From positions 1-64,000 of the forward strand of contig JBFGLM010000012.1 of assembly GCA_041576165.1 (NCBI GenBank): 64,000 bases of DNA, given 5' to 3'. Position numbers and translations under genes: made by a program. Each line of letters starts with the position of its first letter. Position 1 is the first letter of the stretch. Shown one piece after another: positions 18,585 through 29,406 of this stretch. The notes below the pieces were generated by a model. It ran no database searches and was not told the DNA's origin. It saw only the letters and a program-made list of their open reading frames with translations. The stretch comes from Acidimicrobiia bacterium (lineage in GTDB: Bacteria; Actinomycetota; Acidimicrobiia; Spongiisociales; Spongiisociaceae).

Positions 18585-18629
18585 ATGCGACTGACGACTC
18601 GGGTTTGGTGGTGGTCGGCTGAACACTGA
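18585..18629 (+). CDS. Trp leader peptide MRLTTRVWWWSAEH of the trpS attenuator
   Basis: Three consecutive TGG codons at 18606-18614, stop TGA at 18627-18629. Confidence 0.88.
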   Translation: MRLTTRVWWWSAEH

Positions 18630-18651
18630 TCGTCGCGCGCTCACGTTGAAC

Positions 18652-18680
18652 GACGCCGGCGGCCACGCCGGCGTTTTTGT
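18652..18680 (+). terminator. Attenuator terminator upstream of trpS
   Basis: ACGCCGGCG-GCCA-CGCCGGCGT-TTTTGT; competing pairing CGTCG (18631-35) with CGACG (18651-55). Confidence 0.85.
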
Positions 18681-18734
18681 GGACGGTGGGTGGCGAAGAC
18701 GATGCAACGGAAGGCCCTCCGGAGGGAACAGGAC

Positions 18735-19712
18735 GTGAGCAAGCAACGAGTGTTTTCTGGCATCCAGCCGACGGGTGACATCCACCTCGGCAACTATCTC
18801 GGCGCTCTGAAGAACTGGGTCCGAATGCAGACCGAATACGATGCCGTGTACTGCGTTGTCGACCTGCACGCGATCACCACTCCGATCGATGCCGAGGAGT
18901 TGCGGGCGGGTCGGATCAACACAGCGAAGGTGCTGCTGGCGCTAGGGATCGACCCGGCCGTTTCGATGGTCTATTTCCAGAGCGACGTTCCTCAACACTC
19001 GGAGTTGAGCTGGATCTTGAGCACCCTGGCATCGCTCGGCCACCTGGGGCGCATGACGCAGTTCAAAGAGAAGGGCGACAAGGGTGGGCAGAATCTGGGT
19101 TTGTTCTCCTATCCGGTCCTCATGGCAGCCGACATCGTCATCCACAAGGCCCATGCGGTGCCGGTTGGCGATGACCAAACGCAGCATCTCGAGTTCACCC
19201 GTGACCTGGTAGAGCGGTTCAACCACCGGTACGGCGAGGTGTTCCCGGTGCCGGAGCAGATCACCCCCGAGGTCGGGGCGCGAGTCATGTCGCTCAAAGA
19301 TCCCACCGCCAAGATGTCCAAATCCGACCCGGATCCCAAAGCCAAAGTGCTGGTGACCGACGGCCCCGACGTCATCCGCAAGAAGATCCGGGGGGCGGTG
19401 ACCGACTCGGGACACGGTGTCGAATACGACCTCGAACGCAAGCCGGGCATCTCCAACCTGCTGGACATGCTGAGCGCTTTCACCGACCGACCGGTCGATG
19501 ACCTGGTCGCCGAGCATCACGAACTCCAATACGGCTTTTTCAAAGACATCGTGGCCGATGCGGTCATCGAGGGCCTGAGTGAGTTCCACACCAACTATCG
19601 GGCGTTGTCGGACGCCGACGTCCTCGCCAAGATGGCGGCCGGAGCCGAGAAGGCCCGGGCCAGTGCGCAGCGCACCATCGGTGAGGTTCAGCAGGTGATC
19701 GGGCTGGCCTGA
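18735..19712 (+). CDS. trpS: Tryptophan--tRNA ligase
   Basis: FSGIQPTG.IHLGNYLGA, VDLHAIT, YPVLMAADI, VPVGDDQ.QHLE, KMSKS. Confidence 0.96.
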   Translation: MSKQRVFSGIQPTGDIHLGNYLGALKNWVRMQTEYDAVYCVVDLHAITTPIDAEELRAGRINTAKVLLALGIDPAVSMVYFQSDVPQHSELSWILSTLASLGHLGRMTQFKEKGDKGGQNLGLFSYPVLMAADIVIHKAHAVPVGDDQTQHLEFTRDLVERFNHRYGEVFPVPEQITPEVGARVMSLKDPTAKMSKSDPDPKAKVLVTDGPDVIRKKIRGAVTDSGHGVEYDLERKPGISNLLDMLSAFTDRPVDDLVAEHHELQYGFFKDIVADAVIEGLSEFHTNYRALSDADVLAKMAAGAEKARASAQRTIGEVQQVIGLA

Positions 19713-19728
19713 GCCGGACTCCCGGCTC
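19711..19728 (+). terminator. Hairpin at the trpS stop
   Basis: GAGCCGG-ACTC-CCGGCTC. Confidence 0.4.
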
Positions 19729-19946
19729 GGTCGTCACCCGCTGCTTCCCCCCTGTTATCCGGGCGGGACCCTGGCCACCGCGCCTATGGTTGATGCCGAC
19801 CGAGCGGCATGAGCCTCGCGGCTGAGACGTGCCGACCGACTGAGGACAGGAAGCGAGGCCAAGGCCACGAGCCCACCCGGAGAGCGCTGGATCTCGGTGG
19901 GTCGGACGATCGGGCCAGCGGCCTGCCAGAAGGTATTGGAGAACCA

Positions 19947-21011
19947 ATGAAACGATGGCGACAGTTGACGGCCGCCCTCATCGGGCTGCTGATGGTGGCG
20001 GCAGCCTGTGGCGGAGACGACGGTGGCAGCGACGAGACCCTCAAGGTCGCATTTGTGCACGTCGGACCCGTCGCCGACAAAGGGTGGAGCTGGGCCCACG
20101 ACCAGGGTGCGCAGTTCATTACCGCGAACATGGAGAACGTTGAGATCACCACTCTGGAGTCCGTGCCAGAAGGCCCCGACAGCCAGCGCGTGTTCGAAGA
20201 CCTGGCCGCAGACGGCAATCAACTGATCTTCGGCACATCTTTCGGTTACATGGATCCCATGCTGGCCGCGGCCGAGAACTTCCCCGACACGGTGTTCATG
20301 CACGCCACCGGGTTCAAAACGTCGGACAACATGGGCAACTACTTCGGCGCGGCGGAGGAGGGGCGGTACCTGTCCGGCATGGCCGCCGGCGCAGCCACCC
20401 AGACCAACCTGATCGGCTATGTGGCCGCGTTCCCGATCCCCGAGGTTCTGCGCGGCATCAATGCCTTCACCCTGGGCGCTCAGGAACTGAATCCGGATGC
20501 TCAGGTTCAGGTCGTCTGGACCTCGACCTGGTTCGATCCACCGGTAGAAGGGGACGCCGCCCAGGCACTGCTCGACGCCGGGGCGGACGTGATCGCCATG
20601 CACCAGGACTCGTCGGCTCCCGGGCTGGCAGCCGATGCCGCCGGCGCCAAGTGGGTGGGCTACAACACAGACATGACGGAGTTCGCCCCTGGCGCGTGGC
20701 TGACAGCAGCCATCTGGGACTGGGGACCCTATTACCTGGAGACTGCCGAGCAGGTGCGGGCGGGATCCTGGGAGTCCGAGGCCTTCTACGGGAACATGGC
20801 CGGCGGCATGGTGGATATTGCCCCGTTTGGGTCATCGGTCCCCGATGACGTTCGCAGCATGATCGAAGAGCGCAAGCAGCAGATCATCGACGGTTCGTTC
20901 TCGGTGTTTCCGGACCCCATCGTCGACCAGGACGGCAGCAGCCGTGAGTTGGGCGACATCTTCAGCATGGACTATTTCGTGCAGGGTGTGATCGGCAGCC
21001 CGACCGGCTGA
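19947..21011 (+). CDS. BMP-family ABC substrate-binding lipoprotein (purine/nucleoside)
   Basis: Lipobox VAAAC, GPVADKGWSWAH, FGTSFGY, FPIPEVLRGINAF, WFDPP, QDS. Confidence 0.92.
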   Translation: MKRWRQLTAALIGLLMVAAACGGDDGGSDETLKVAFVHVGPVADKGWSWAHDQGAQFITANMENVEITTLESVPEGPDSQRVFEDLAADGNQLIFGTSFGYMDPMLAAAENFPDTVFMHATGFKTSDNMGNYFGAAEEGRYLSGMAAGAATQTNLIGYVAAFPIPEVLRGINAFTLGAQELNPDAQVQVVWTSTWFDPPVEGDAAQALLDAGADVIAMHQDSSAPGLAADAAGAKWVGYNTDMTEFAPGAWLTAAIWDWGPYYLETAEQVRAGSWESEAFYGNMAGGMVDIAPFGSSVPDDVRSMIEERKQQIIDGSFSVFPDPIVDQDGSSRELGDIFSMDYFVQGVIGSPTG

Positions 21012-21030
21012 TCAATATGAAGACAGACCA

Positions 21031-21056
21031 GTTGGGCCCCGTATCCGGGGCCCAAC
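21031..21056 (+). terminator. Intercistronic hairpin after the substrate-binding gene (mRNA stabiliser or partial terminator)
   Basis: GTTGGGCCCCG-TATC-CGGGGCCCAAC, 11-bp stem. Confidence 0.6.
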
Positions 21057-21075
21057 CTGATAGCGGAGCACACAT

Positions 21076-22616
<1,541 letters not shown>

Positions 22617-22620
<4 letters not shown>

Positions 22621-23735
22621 CGAGCCGGTTTCGCGTCGAGCCTCGGGGCTTGGCCAGCCTCAGAGTTCGGTTGTTGGTGCCGGTGGTGTCCGTCCTCGCG
22701 GCGCTGATCGTTGGCGCCGTTTTCCTGGCAGTCACCGGCAACAATCCAGGCGAGGCGTACGGCAAGATGCTGGACGCGGCATTTGGCTCCACCCGGGGAC
22801 TCAGCGAGACGCTGATCTCGGCCACTCCGTTGATCTTGACCGGTGTCGCGGCTGCGGTCGCGTTCCGCATGCTGGTGTGGAACATCGGTGCAGAAGGCCA
22901 GCTTCTGGCGGGCGCCATCGTCGCCGCCGGAGTTGTCCTGGCGCTGGGCGACGGTATGCCCGCCGTACTAGCCGTGCTCGCGGTCCTCGTAGCTGGTGCG
23001 CTGGGTGGGGCCGTGTGGGCGGGGATTGCTGCGGTACCACGCGTCTACCTCGGCACCAACGAGATCATCACAACCCTGATGCTCAACTTCATCGCACTCA
23101 ATCTGATGAATTATCTGGTGCTGGGTTCGTTCAGCCCGTGGCGCGACCCCGAGTCGACCCAATTCCCCCAGGGCAGGCCCATCCCGGACGCCGCCCGGCT
23201 GCCGGAGATCACAGGCGCGCTGGGCCGCCTCGACTACGGAATTGTCATCGCCATGGCGCTGGCGGTCGCGGCGTGGTTCTTGATCGAAAAGACCCGCTGG
23301 GGTTTCGAAGTCCGGGTGGTGGGCGATTCGCCTCCCACTGCGCGCTACGCCGGGATCGGCGTGCCGCGCAAGGTGCTCGGCGTGTTCCTGCTGTCCGGAG
23401 CTTTCGCCGGCCTGGCGGGCGCACTACTGGTGGCAGGAGTACTCGGGAAGATGGACCCCCGGAGCCTGGACCTGGGCCTGGGATTTGTGGGGATCATCGT
23501 GGCCGCCCTGGCCCGGCTCAACCCGGTGGCCGTCATCCCGGTAGCGATCCTGATGGGTGCCCTGAACAACGCCGGTCCGGCGCTCCAATCCATCCAGGTG
23601 CCGACTGCCACGGTCGTCATGCTGCAAGGCGCCATCTTGATATTCGCGGTCTCAGGCGAGTTCTTCATCGCCAACCGCGTGTCACGACTCCACGACGAGC
23701 CGGCCGGGGTACCGCAGCCGGAGGCGGCAACGTGA
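22617..23735 (+). CDS. Nucleoside ABC transporter permease
   Basis: WNIGAEGQ, NEIITTLMLN, G.E.RVVG...ARYAG. Confidence 0.92.
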
Positions 23736-24676
23736 ACGATTCTGTCGCCGTCCTGGCCATCTTCGCGGCGATCGGCCTGGGAACCCCGGTGGTGTTTGCG
23801 ACGGTTGGCGAAATTCTCACCGAGCGCTCCGGCATCCTGAACCTGGGTGTCCAGGGGACGATGCTGGTGGGGGCAGTCGCCGGGTTCTGGGCATCTTTCG
23901 CAAGCGAGAACCTGTGGCTGGGGGTCCTGACCTCGATCATCGCCGGTGCCGCCCTGTCGGTGCTCCACGCATTCGCCTCGATCACGTTGCGAGTCAGCCA
24001 AATCGTCAGCGGGCTCGCGTTGACCCTCTTCGGCACCGGCCTCTCGGCTTTCATCGGGCGGGTGGGTGATTCTCCGCTGGTGGGAAACCCGTCGCCGGTG
24101 AGCTTCGAACCGATTCTCACCGATGGACTGGCGGACCTGCCGGTGATCGGGCCGCTCATCTTCGGCCACGACATCTTGGTCTACATCTCGTGGCTGGTGG
24201 TCGCCGTCTCGAGCTTCTATTTGTTCCGCACCAAAGCGGGGCTGGCGGTCCGGGCGGTAGGCGAGGATCCGGCCGCGGCCGACGCGGCCGGGGTGGACGT
24301 GACCCGGGTACGTTATGCCCATGTGCTGATCGGGGGAGCCCTGTCCGGTCTCGGCGGAGCATACTTCTCGCTGGCGCTCGTACCTTCGTGGCAGGACGAT
24401 CTGATCGGTGGGGCAGGGTGGATCGCAATCGCGCTGGTCATCCTCGCCAGCTGGCGGCCGTGGAGGGCGCTGTTTGCGGCCTACCTGTTTGGGGCAGCCG
24501 GTCGGGTCAACTTCACGCTGCAGACCCTCGAAATCTCGATCCCGGCCAATCTTCTCGCCATGATCCCCTTCATTCTCGCCATCTTGGCCATGATCGTGCT
24601 GACGAGCGGCCGCCGCGCCCGCCTGCTCGGTGCGCCGGCGGCGCTCGCAATTCCCTACGCCCGCGAGCAGCGTTAA
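23732..24676 (+). CDS. Nucleoside ABC transporter permease
   Basis: GEILTERSGILNLGVQG, RAVGEDP.AADAAG, GWIAIALV, APAAL..PY.RE; GTGA overlap. Confidence 0.92.
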   Translation: MNDSVAVLAIFAAIGLGTPVVFATVGEILTERSGILNLGVQGTMLVGAVAGFWASFASENLWLGVLTSIIAGAALSVLHAFASITLRVSQIVSGLALTLFGTGLSAFIGRVGDSPLVGNPSPVSFEPILTDGLADLPVIGPLIFGHDILVYISWLVVAVSSFYLFRTKAGLAVRAVGEDPAAADAAGVDVTRVRYAHVLIGGALSGLGGAYFSLALVPSWQDDLIGGAGWIAIALVILASWRPWRALFAAYLFGAAGRVNFTLQTLEISIPANLLAMIPFILAILAMIVLTSGRRARLLGAPAALAIPYAREQR

Positions 24677-24690
24677 CCAACGACGGACGG

Positions 24691-25575
24691 CTAGCGGAAG
24701 GCGATCACCCGGCAGGGTCCGCCGGAGCCATCTTCCCAGGGGATGGCCCCGATGAACACGCGCGCCCCGCGGGGGCGCACCCGGTCGAGGTTCGCAACGT
24801 TCTCCACGCCGTAACGGTTGGTCGCCAGGAACGTGGTGTGCACCGCGAAGTCGGCGGAATTGCCCGGGTCGAGGCTCATGGTGTCGACCGCGATGCCCAC
24901 CGGATTGCGATGACGGACCAGCCAAGCGGTAGCGTCTGGGGAGAATCCCGGAAAGTTCAGGTCGGGGAAACCCGTGCCTCCGCGAAACTCCTCGTTGTCG
25001 TCGACGAGGTCGCTCCAGCCGGAGTTCATTGCGACCAACGCCCGTTTGGGAATTCGTCCATATCTTCGCTCGTATGCGAGGAGATCCTCCGGGTCGACCG
25101 TGGCATTCGGGTCGTCGGCAACCTTGCGTTTGATGTCGATGACCACCAGCGGGGCGATCAGCTGATCGGCGGGGATGTCGTCCACGAGCATCGCACCCGG
25201 GCTGAAGTGCCCCGGGGCGTCGATGTGGGTACCGACGTGCTCGAACACCGTCCAGGTCTTCGCGAAAAAGCCCGCCGGGTCGAAGTCGAAACTGACTTCG
25301 TCGTTGATGGCGTCATCGTCTCCGAGGAATGTCGCGAATCCTTTGACGAGCCGGTGCGTCAGATCAACCACCCGACCCGAGGGACGACCCGTACTTCCCA
25401 GCGCAGGGAGCGGCGGACCCAGCGCAGCCAGCGCACCGCCCGCTGCCACCGCGGCCCCGGTCTTGAGTAATGCCCGGCGTTGCGCTCCGTGCGCCGATAG
25501 CGCCGCGCCGTCCCGCCCGTCGGCATCGGAAATAGCCGCTCCATGTCCGCGTTCCGTGGTCCCGGCAACACACAT
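24691..25575 (-). CDS. Cyclase/kynurenine-formamidase-family metallohydrolase with Tat signal
   Basis: EHVGTHIDAPGHF, FPGFS, GIAVDTMSLD, ENVANL, GSGGPCR; N-terminal RRALLKTGAAVAAGGALAAL. Confidence 0.88.
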   Translation of the reverse strand: MCVAGTTERGHGAAISDADGRDGAALSAHGAQRRALLKTGAAVAAGGALAALGPPLPALGSTGRPSGRVVDLTHRLVKGFATFLGDDDAINDEVSFDFDPAGFFAKTWTVFEHVGTHIDAPGHFSPGAMLVDDIPADQLIAPLVVIDIKRKVADDPNATVDPEDLLAYERRYGRIPKRALVAMNSGWSDLVDDNEEFRGGTGFPDLNFPGFSPDATAWLVRHRNPVGIAVDTMSLDPGNSADFAVHTTFLATNRYGVENVANLDRVRPRGARVFIGAIPWEDGSGGPCRVIAFR

Positions 25576-25643
25576 GAAAACCTCCCCGTGGCTCGACCTC
25601 CGTTGAGCCTACCCAACGGGCGCAGGTCCTGACCGAACTGGTG

Positions 25644-26420
25644 TCAGCGCAGGAAGAAGAGGAGGGCGCTCGTCTCCTCCAGAGTTTCAGGATCCACGAA
25701 CAGGAGCGAAAGCGTGGTGAGCAGGTTGAAACCGCCGTGAATGAAGATCGCTCTTGACAGGCTGCCTGAGCGGACGGTGACCCAGCCCAGCAGGAGGCCC
25801 ATCAGAACGAAAGCCAGCAGGGTCGGCACACCCTGCAGGCTCAGCAGAGCCGGATCGGTCAGATGGACTGCTGCGAACACGAGAGAGGAGATGACCACCG
25901 CCGGGAGTGGACCCATACGCTCCAGAATCGTGCGCAGCAGCAAACCCCGGTACGTCAGTTCCTCGGCGATCGGTCCGGCGATGACGAGCGACGCCACCAT
26001 CGCAAACACGGTCGGTCCCGTGCCCACCTGATCGACGATGTCGATCAGGACCTGGGGGTTGTCGTCCTCGAGCTGGAGGGCACTGCGCACAGCCTGGGCA
26101 ACGAGCCCGGTGGCAATCAGAACCAGCATCCCCACCCCGAGATACCAGAAGTCCTTCGGGTTCAGCTCGAAACCGAAGTCGGTATCCCACGATCCCGTCC
26201 CCCGCCGGCGGCTGAGCCACAAGAGCGCCGCGAAGCTGCCAACGAACTGGGCTGGGAGCACCAGCCAGAACAGCCAGGAGGCCGTGACCTCCTCGACGCC
26301 GCTCACGCCGATCGCGATCACTCCCGCGATCAGGCTGGCCAGGACCCCGGCAGCAAACACGATCACGGTATCGGTGAAGCGCCAGGTGTATTCGCGTTGC
26401 GGAGCGGGGGGCACAGCCAT
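25644..26420 (-). CDS. CPBP-family (CAAX/Abi) intramembrane metalloprotease
   Basis: GPIAEELTYRG, SSLVFAAVH, IFIHGGFN. Confidence 0.9.
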   Translation of the reverse strand: MAVPPAPQREYTWRFTDTVIVFAAGVLASLIAGVIAIGVSGVEEVTASWLFWLVLPAQFVGSFAALLWLSRRRGTGSWDTDFGFELNPKDFWYLGVGMLVLIATGLVAQAVRSALQLEDDNPQVLIDIVDQVGTGPTVFAMVASLVIAGPIAEELTYRGLLLRTILERMGPLPAVVISSLVFAAVHLTDPALLSLQGVPTLLAFVLMGLLLGWVTVRSGSLSRAIFIHGGFNLLTTLSLLFVDPETLEETSALLFFLR

Positions 26421-26461
26421 CTTGCCGCACGTTAGTGCGTGCATCCCAATGCCCCGGCGAG

Positions 26462-26482
26462 CTACCCACAGACTTGTCCACA
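26462..26482 (+). promoter_or_regulatory. Tandem DnaA boxes upstream of guaB3-guaA
   Basis: CTACCCACA-GAC-TTGTCCACA; the second box matches the actinobacterial consensus TT(G/A)TCCACA. Confidence 0.55.
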
Positions 26483-26558
26483 GGGCCCGGCGCTCGGTGC
26501 TTTCTGGGCGCCCTCGCTCGCTGGTACGGTGGAGCCGCGGCACCAGACTGGGGATCTC

Positions 26559-27716
26559 ATGGAAATCGACATTGGCATCGGCAAATCCGGGCGCCGGGCA
26601 TGGGGCTTCGACGACATTGCGATCGTCCCGAGCCGACGGACGCGGGATCCGGAGGATGTGAGCATCAGCTGGGAGATCGACGCGTTTCGATTTGAGCTGC
26701 CAATGCTCGGCTCTGCGATGGATTCCGCCATCAGCCCGGCGACGGCAATCCAGATTGGGCGCCTCGGTGGATTGGGAGTGCTCAACCTCGAGGGCCTGTG
26801 GAGCCGGTACGAAGAGCCCGATCCCTACCTCGCAGAGATCGCCGAGCTGGCCCCCGAAAAGGCCACCCGGCGGATGCAAGAGATCTACCTGCAGCCGATC
26901 GACCCCGACCTGATGGTCCGGCGTATCGAAGAGATGAAGACCGCCGGGATTGTCACTGCTGGGAGCCTCACGCCGCAGCGGGTGCGCGACTACGCCGACG
27001 TGACCACCCGGGCCGGGCTGGACATCCTCGTCGTACAGGGCACCGTGGTGTCGGCTGAGCATGTCTCCAGCCGGGACGAGCCGCTCAACCTGAAGCAGTT
27101 CATCGCCGACTTCGAGCTGCCGGTCATCGTCGGCGGGTGCGCCTCGTATTCGACCGCCCTACACCTGATGCGCACCGGTGCGGTCGGCATCCTCGTCGGT
27201 GTCGGACCGGGAGCGGCGTGCACGACGAGGGGTGTTCTTGGCGTCGGAGTGCCGCAGGCAACTGCCATCGCCGATGCCGCCGGGGCCCGGATCCGCTACT
27301 TGGACGAAACGGGTCGATACGTGCATGTCATTGCTGACGGCGGCATGCGCACGGGCGGCGATGTGGCGAAGGCCATCGCCTGTGGTGCCGATGCGGTGAT
27401 GATCGGCTCACCGCTGGCCGCCGCACGGGAGGCTCCCGGGCGGGGCGCGCATTGGGGCATGGCGACCTTCCATCCGACGCTTCCCCGAGGAGCTCGGGTG
27501 ATGGTGAATGAGCTGGGGACTCTCGAAGAGATCTTGATGGGACCGGCGCATGAGAACGACGGTCGCCGCAACCTGTTCGGCGGGCTCCGAGTGTCCATGG
27601 CCACGACCGGGTACGCCGATCTGAAAGAATTTCAGAAGGCCGAGGTGATGGTGGCACCGGCGCTCCAGACGGAGGGCAAGGCGCTCCAGCGCAACCAGCG
27701 GATCGGCATGGGATGA
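26559..27716 (+). CDS. guaB3: GuaB3-family IMP dehydrogenase-related protein
   Basis: [56 protein letters not shown]. Confidence 0.92.
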   Translation: MEIDIGIGKSGRRAWGFDDIAIVPSRRTRDPEDVSISWEIDAFRFELPMLGSAMDSAISPATAIQIGRLGGLGVLNLEGLWSRYEEPDPYLAEIAELAPEKATRRMQEIYLQPIDPDLMVRRIEEMKTAGIVTAGSLTPQRVRDYADVTTRAGLDILVVQGTVVSAEHVSSRDEPLNLKQFIADFELPVIVGGCASYSTALHLMRTGAVGILVGVGPGAACTTRGVLGVGVPQATAIADAAGARIRYLDETGRYVHVIADGGMRTGGDVAKAIACGADAVMIGSPLAAAREAPGRGAHWGMATFHPTLPRGARVMVNELGTLEEILMGPAHENDGRRNLFGGLRVSMATTGYADLKEFQKAEVMVAPALQTEGKALQRNQRIGMG

Positions 27717-29278
27717 CCGTTACCGGCGGCCATGCCTCGGGTGCCGGGACCGAGCGGGTGCTGGTTGTCGATTTCGGCGCGCAGTACGCCCAACTCATAG
27801 CCCGTCGTGTTCGAGAAGCGCATGTCTTCTCCGAGATCGTCCAGCGCGACATCTCGGCGGCAGAGGTCAAAGCATTGCGGCCGGTCGGCATCATTTTGTC
27901 GGGCGGCCCGGCCTCGGTGTTTGCCGACGATGCCTATGAGATCGACCCGGCGATCTTCGATCTCGGGATTCCGATACTCGGCATCTGCTACGGGCATCAG
28001 GTGATCGCCCATGCACTCGGCGGCACCGTCGAGCGGACGGGCGCAGCTGAGTACGGCAAGACCACCCTGGTCGTCGCCCCGGAAGGAAGCTTGTTGTTCC
28101 GGGAGCTGCCGGACAGCCAGGACGTGTGGATGAGCCATCGGGACGCGGTTGTGGCCTGCCCGCCGGGCTTGCGGGCGGTGGCCGGCACTGACGGTTCGCC
28201 CGTTGCGGCCATGGAGGACCGGGACCGCGGAATCTTCGGAGTGCAGTTTCACCCGGAGGTTGCGCACACACCCCGGGGCGGAGAGATCCTCAAGCACTTC
28301 CTCTATGACGCATGTCACGCGTCTCCGTCGTGGACACACCACTCGATCATCCAGCACTCGATCGCCGCCATCCAGGACCAGGTAGGCATGCGCAAGGTTA
28401 TATGCGGGCTCTCCGGCGGAGTTGACTCGTCGGTGGCGGCTGCGCTCGTGCACGCCGCCGTCGGAGATCAACTCACCTGCATTTTTGTGGACCATGGGTT
28501 GCTGCGGGCCGGCGAAGCTGAACAGGTGGAGGAAACCTTCCGCGACCATTTCCACATCGACCTCATCCATGTCAAAGCAGCGGACCGCTTTTTGGAACAA
28601 CTGGCCGGCATCACCGACCCTGAGCGCAAGCGCTTGATCATTGGCGAGACTTTCATCCGCGTATTCGAGGAAGTGGCCAACGAACTGAGCGATGTCGACT
28701 TCTTGGTGCAAGGCACGCTCTATCCCGACGTCATCGAATCGGGGACCTCTGACGCGGCCAAGATCAAGTCACATCACAACGTCGGTGGTTTGCCAGACGA
28801 TATGCAACTCGAGTTGGTCGAGCCGCTGCGCGACCTGTTCAAGGACGAGGTGCGGGCCGTGGGCGAGGAACTCGGATTGCCCGAGGACATCGTTTGGCGT
28901 CAGCCTTTTCCCGGGCCGGGGCTGGCGGTCCGGATCATCGGGGAGGTCACGCCTGCCCGACTCGACCTTCTGCGGGCCGCCGATGCCATCATCGTCGAGG
29001 AGATCCGGCGGGCCGGCTTGTACCGAGAAATCTGGCAGTCGTTCGGGGTTCTGCCGACCGTCAAGTCGGTGGGAGTGCAGGGGGATGGTCGTACCTATGC
29101 CTACCCATTGATCGTGCGGGCCGTCACCTCGGAGGACGCCATGACGGCCGACTGGGCCCGGTTGCCCCATGACCTCCTCGAGCGCATCTCGTCGCGGGTG
29201 ATCAATGAGGTGCCGGGCATCAACCGGGTGGCCTACGACATCTCGTCGAAACCTCCGGCGACCATCGAGTGGGAGTGA
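27713..29278 (+). CDS. guaA: GMP synthase (glutamine-hydrolysing)
   Basis: [48 protein letters not shown]. Confidence 0.97.
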   Translation: MTVTGGHASGAGTERVLVVDFGAQYAQLIARRVREAHVFSEIVQRDISAAEVKALRPVGIILSGGPASVFADDAYEIDPAIFDLGIPILGICYGHQVIAHALGGTVERTGAAEYGKTTLVVAPEGSLLFRELPDSQDVWMSHRDAVVACPPGLRAVAGTDGSPVAAMEDRDRGIFGVQFHPEVAHTPRGGEILKHFLYDACHASPSWTHHSIIQHSIAAIQDQVGMRKVICGLSGGVDSSVAAALVHAAVGDQLTCIFVDHGLLRAGEAEQVEETFRDHFHIDLIHVKAADRFLEQLAGITDPERKRLIIGETFIRVFEEVANELSDVDFLVQGTLYPDVIESGTSDAAKIKSHHNVGGLPDDMQLELVEPLRDLFKDEVRAVGEELGLPEDIVWRQPFPGPGLAVRIIGEVTPARLDLLRAADAIIVEEIRRAGLYREIWQSFGVLPTVKSVGVQGDGRTYAYPLIVRAVTSEDAMTADWARLPHDLLERISSRVINEVPGINRVAYDISSKPPATIEWE

Positions 29279-29341
29279 GCCCGCCACTCCCAATAGTCCA
29301 CTGGGAGCGTTAATTTGGCCGCTCTCCGTAGTAGATGCGGC

Positions 29342-29369
29342 TCAAGTCACCCCTCCACCCCTCCGATCA
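29342..29369 (+). promoter_or_regulatory. Putative sigma28 (FliA/WhiG)-type promoter
   Basis: TCAA-N16-TCCGATCA, compared with TAAA-N15/16-GCCGATAA. Confidence 0.45.
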
Positions 29370-29406
29370 CAACTGCAGGCGAGCTGCTTGTCGGAGAGGG
29401 ATCTAC

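Noticed and set aside
19845-19935. Partial likeness to the xanthine (NMT1) riboswitch and to the Ms1 5' end
   Set aside because: Only short words match, from memory, and in the wrong order or spacing; kept only as an unclassified leader.
29265-29295. guaA 3' end as an integration site for the CheA block
   Set aside because: No integrase and no downstream direct repeat of the guaA end found; TGGGAGTG/CACTCCCA is an inverted repeat, likely a terminator.
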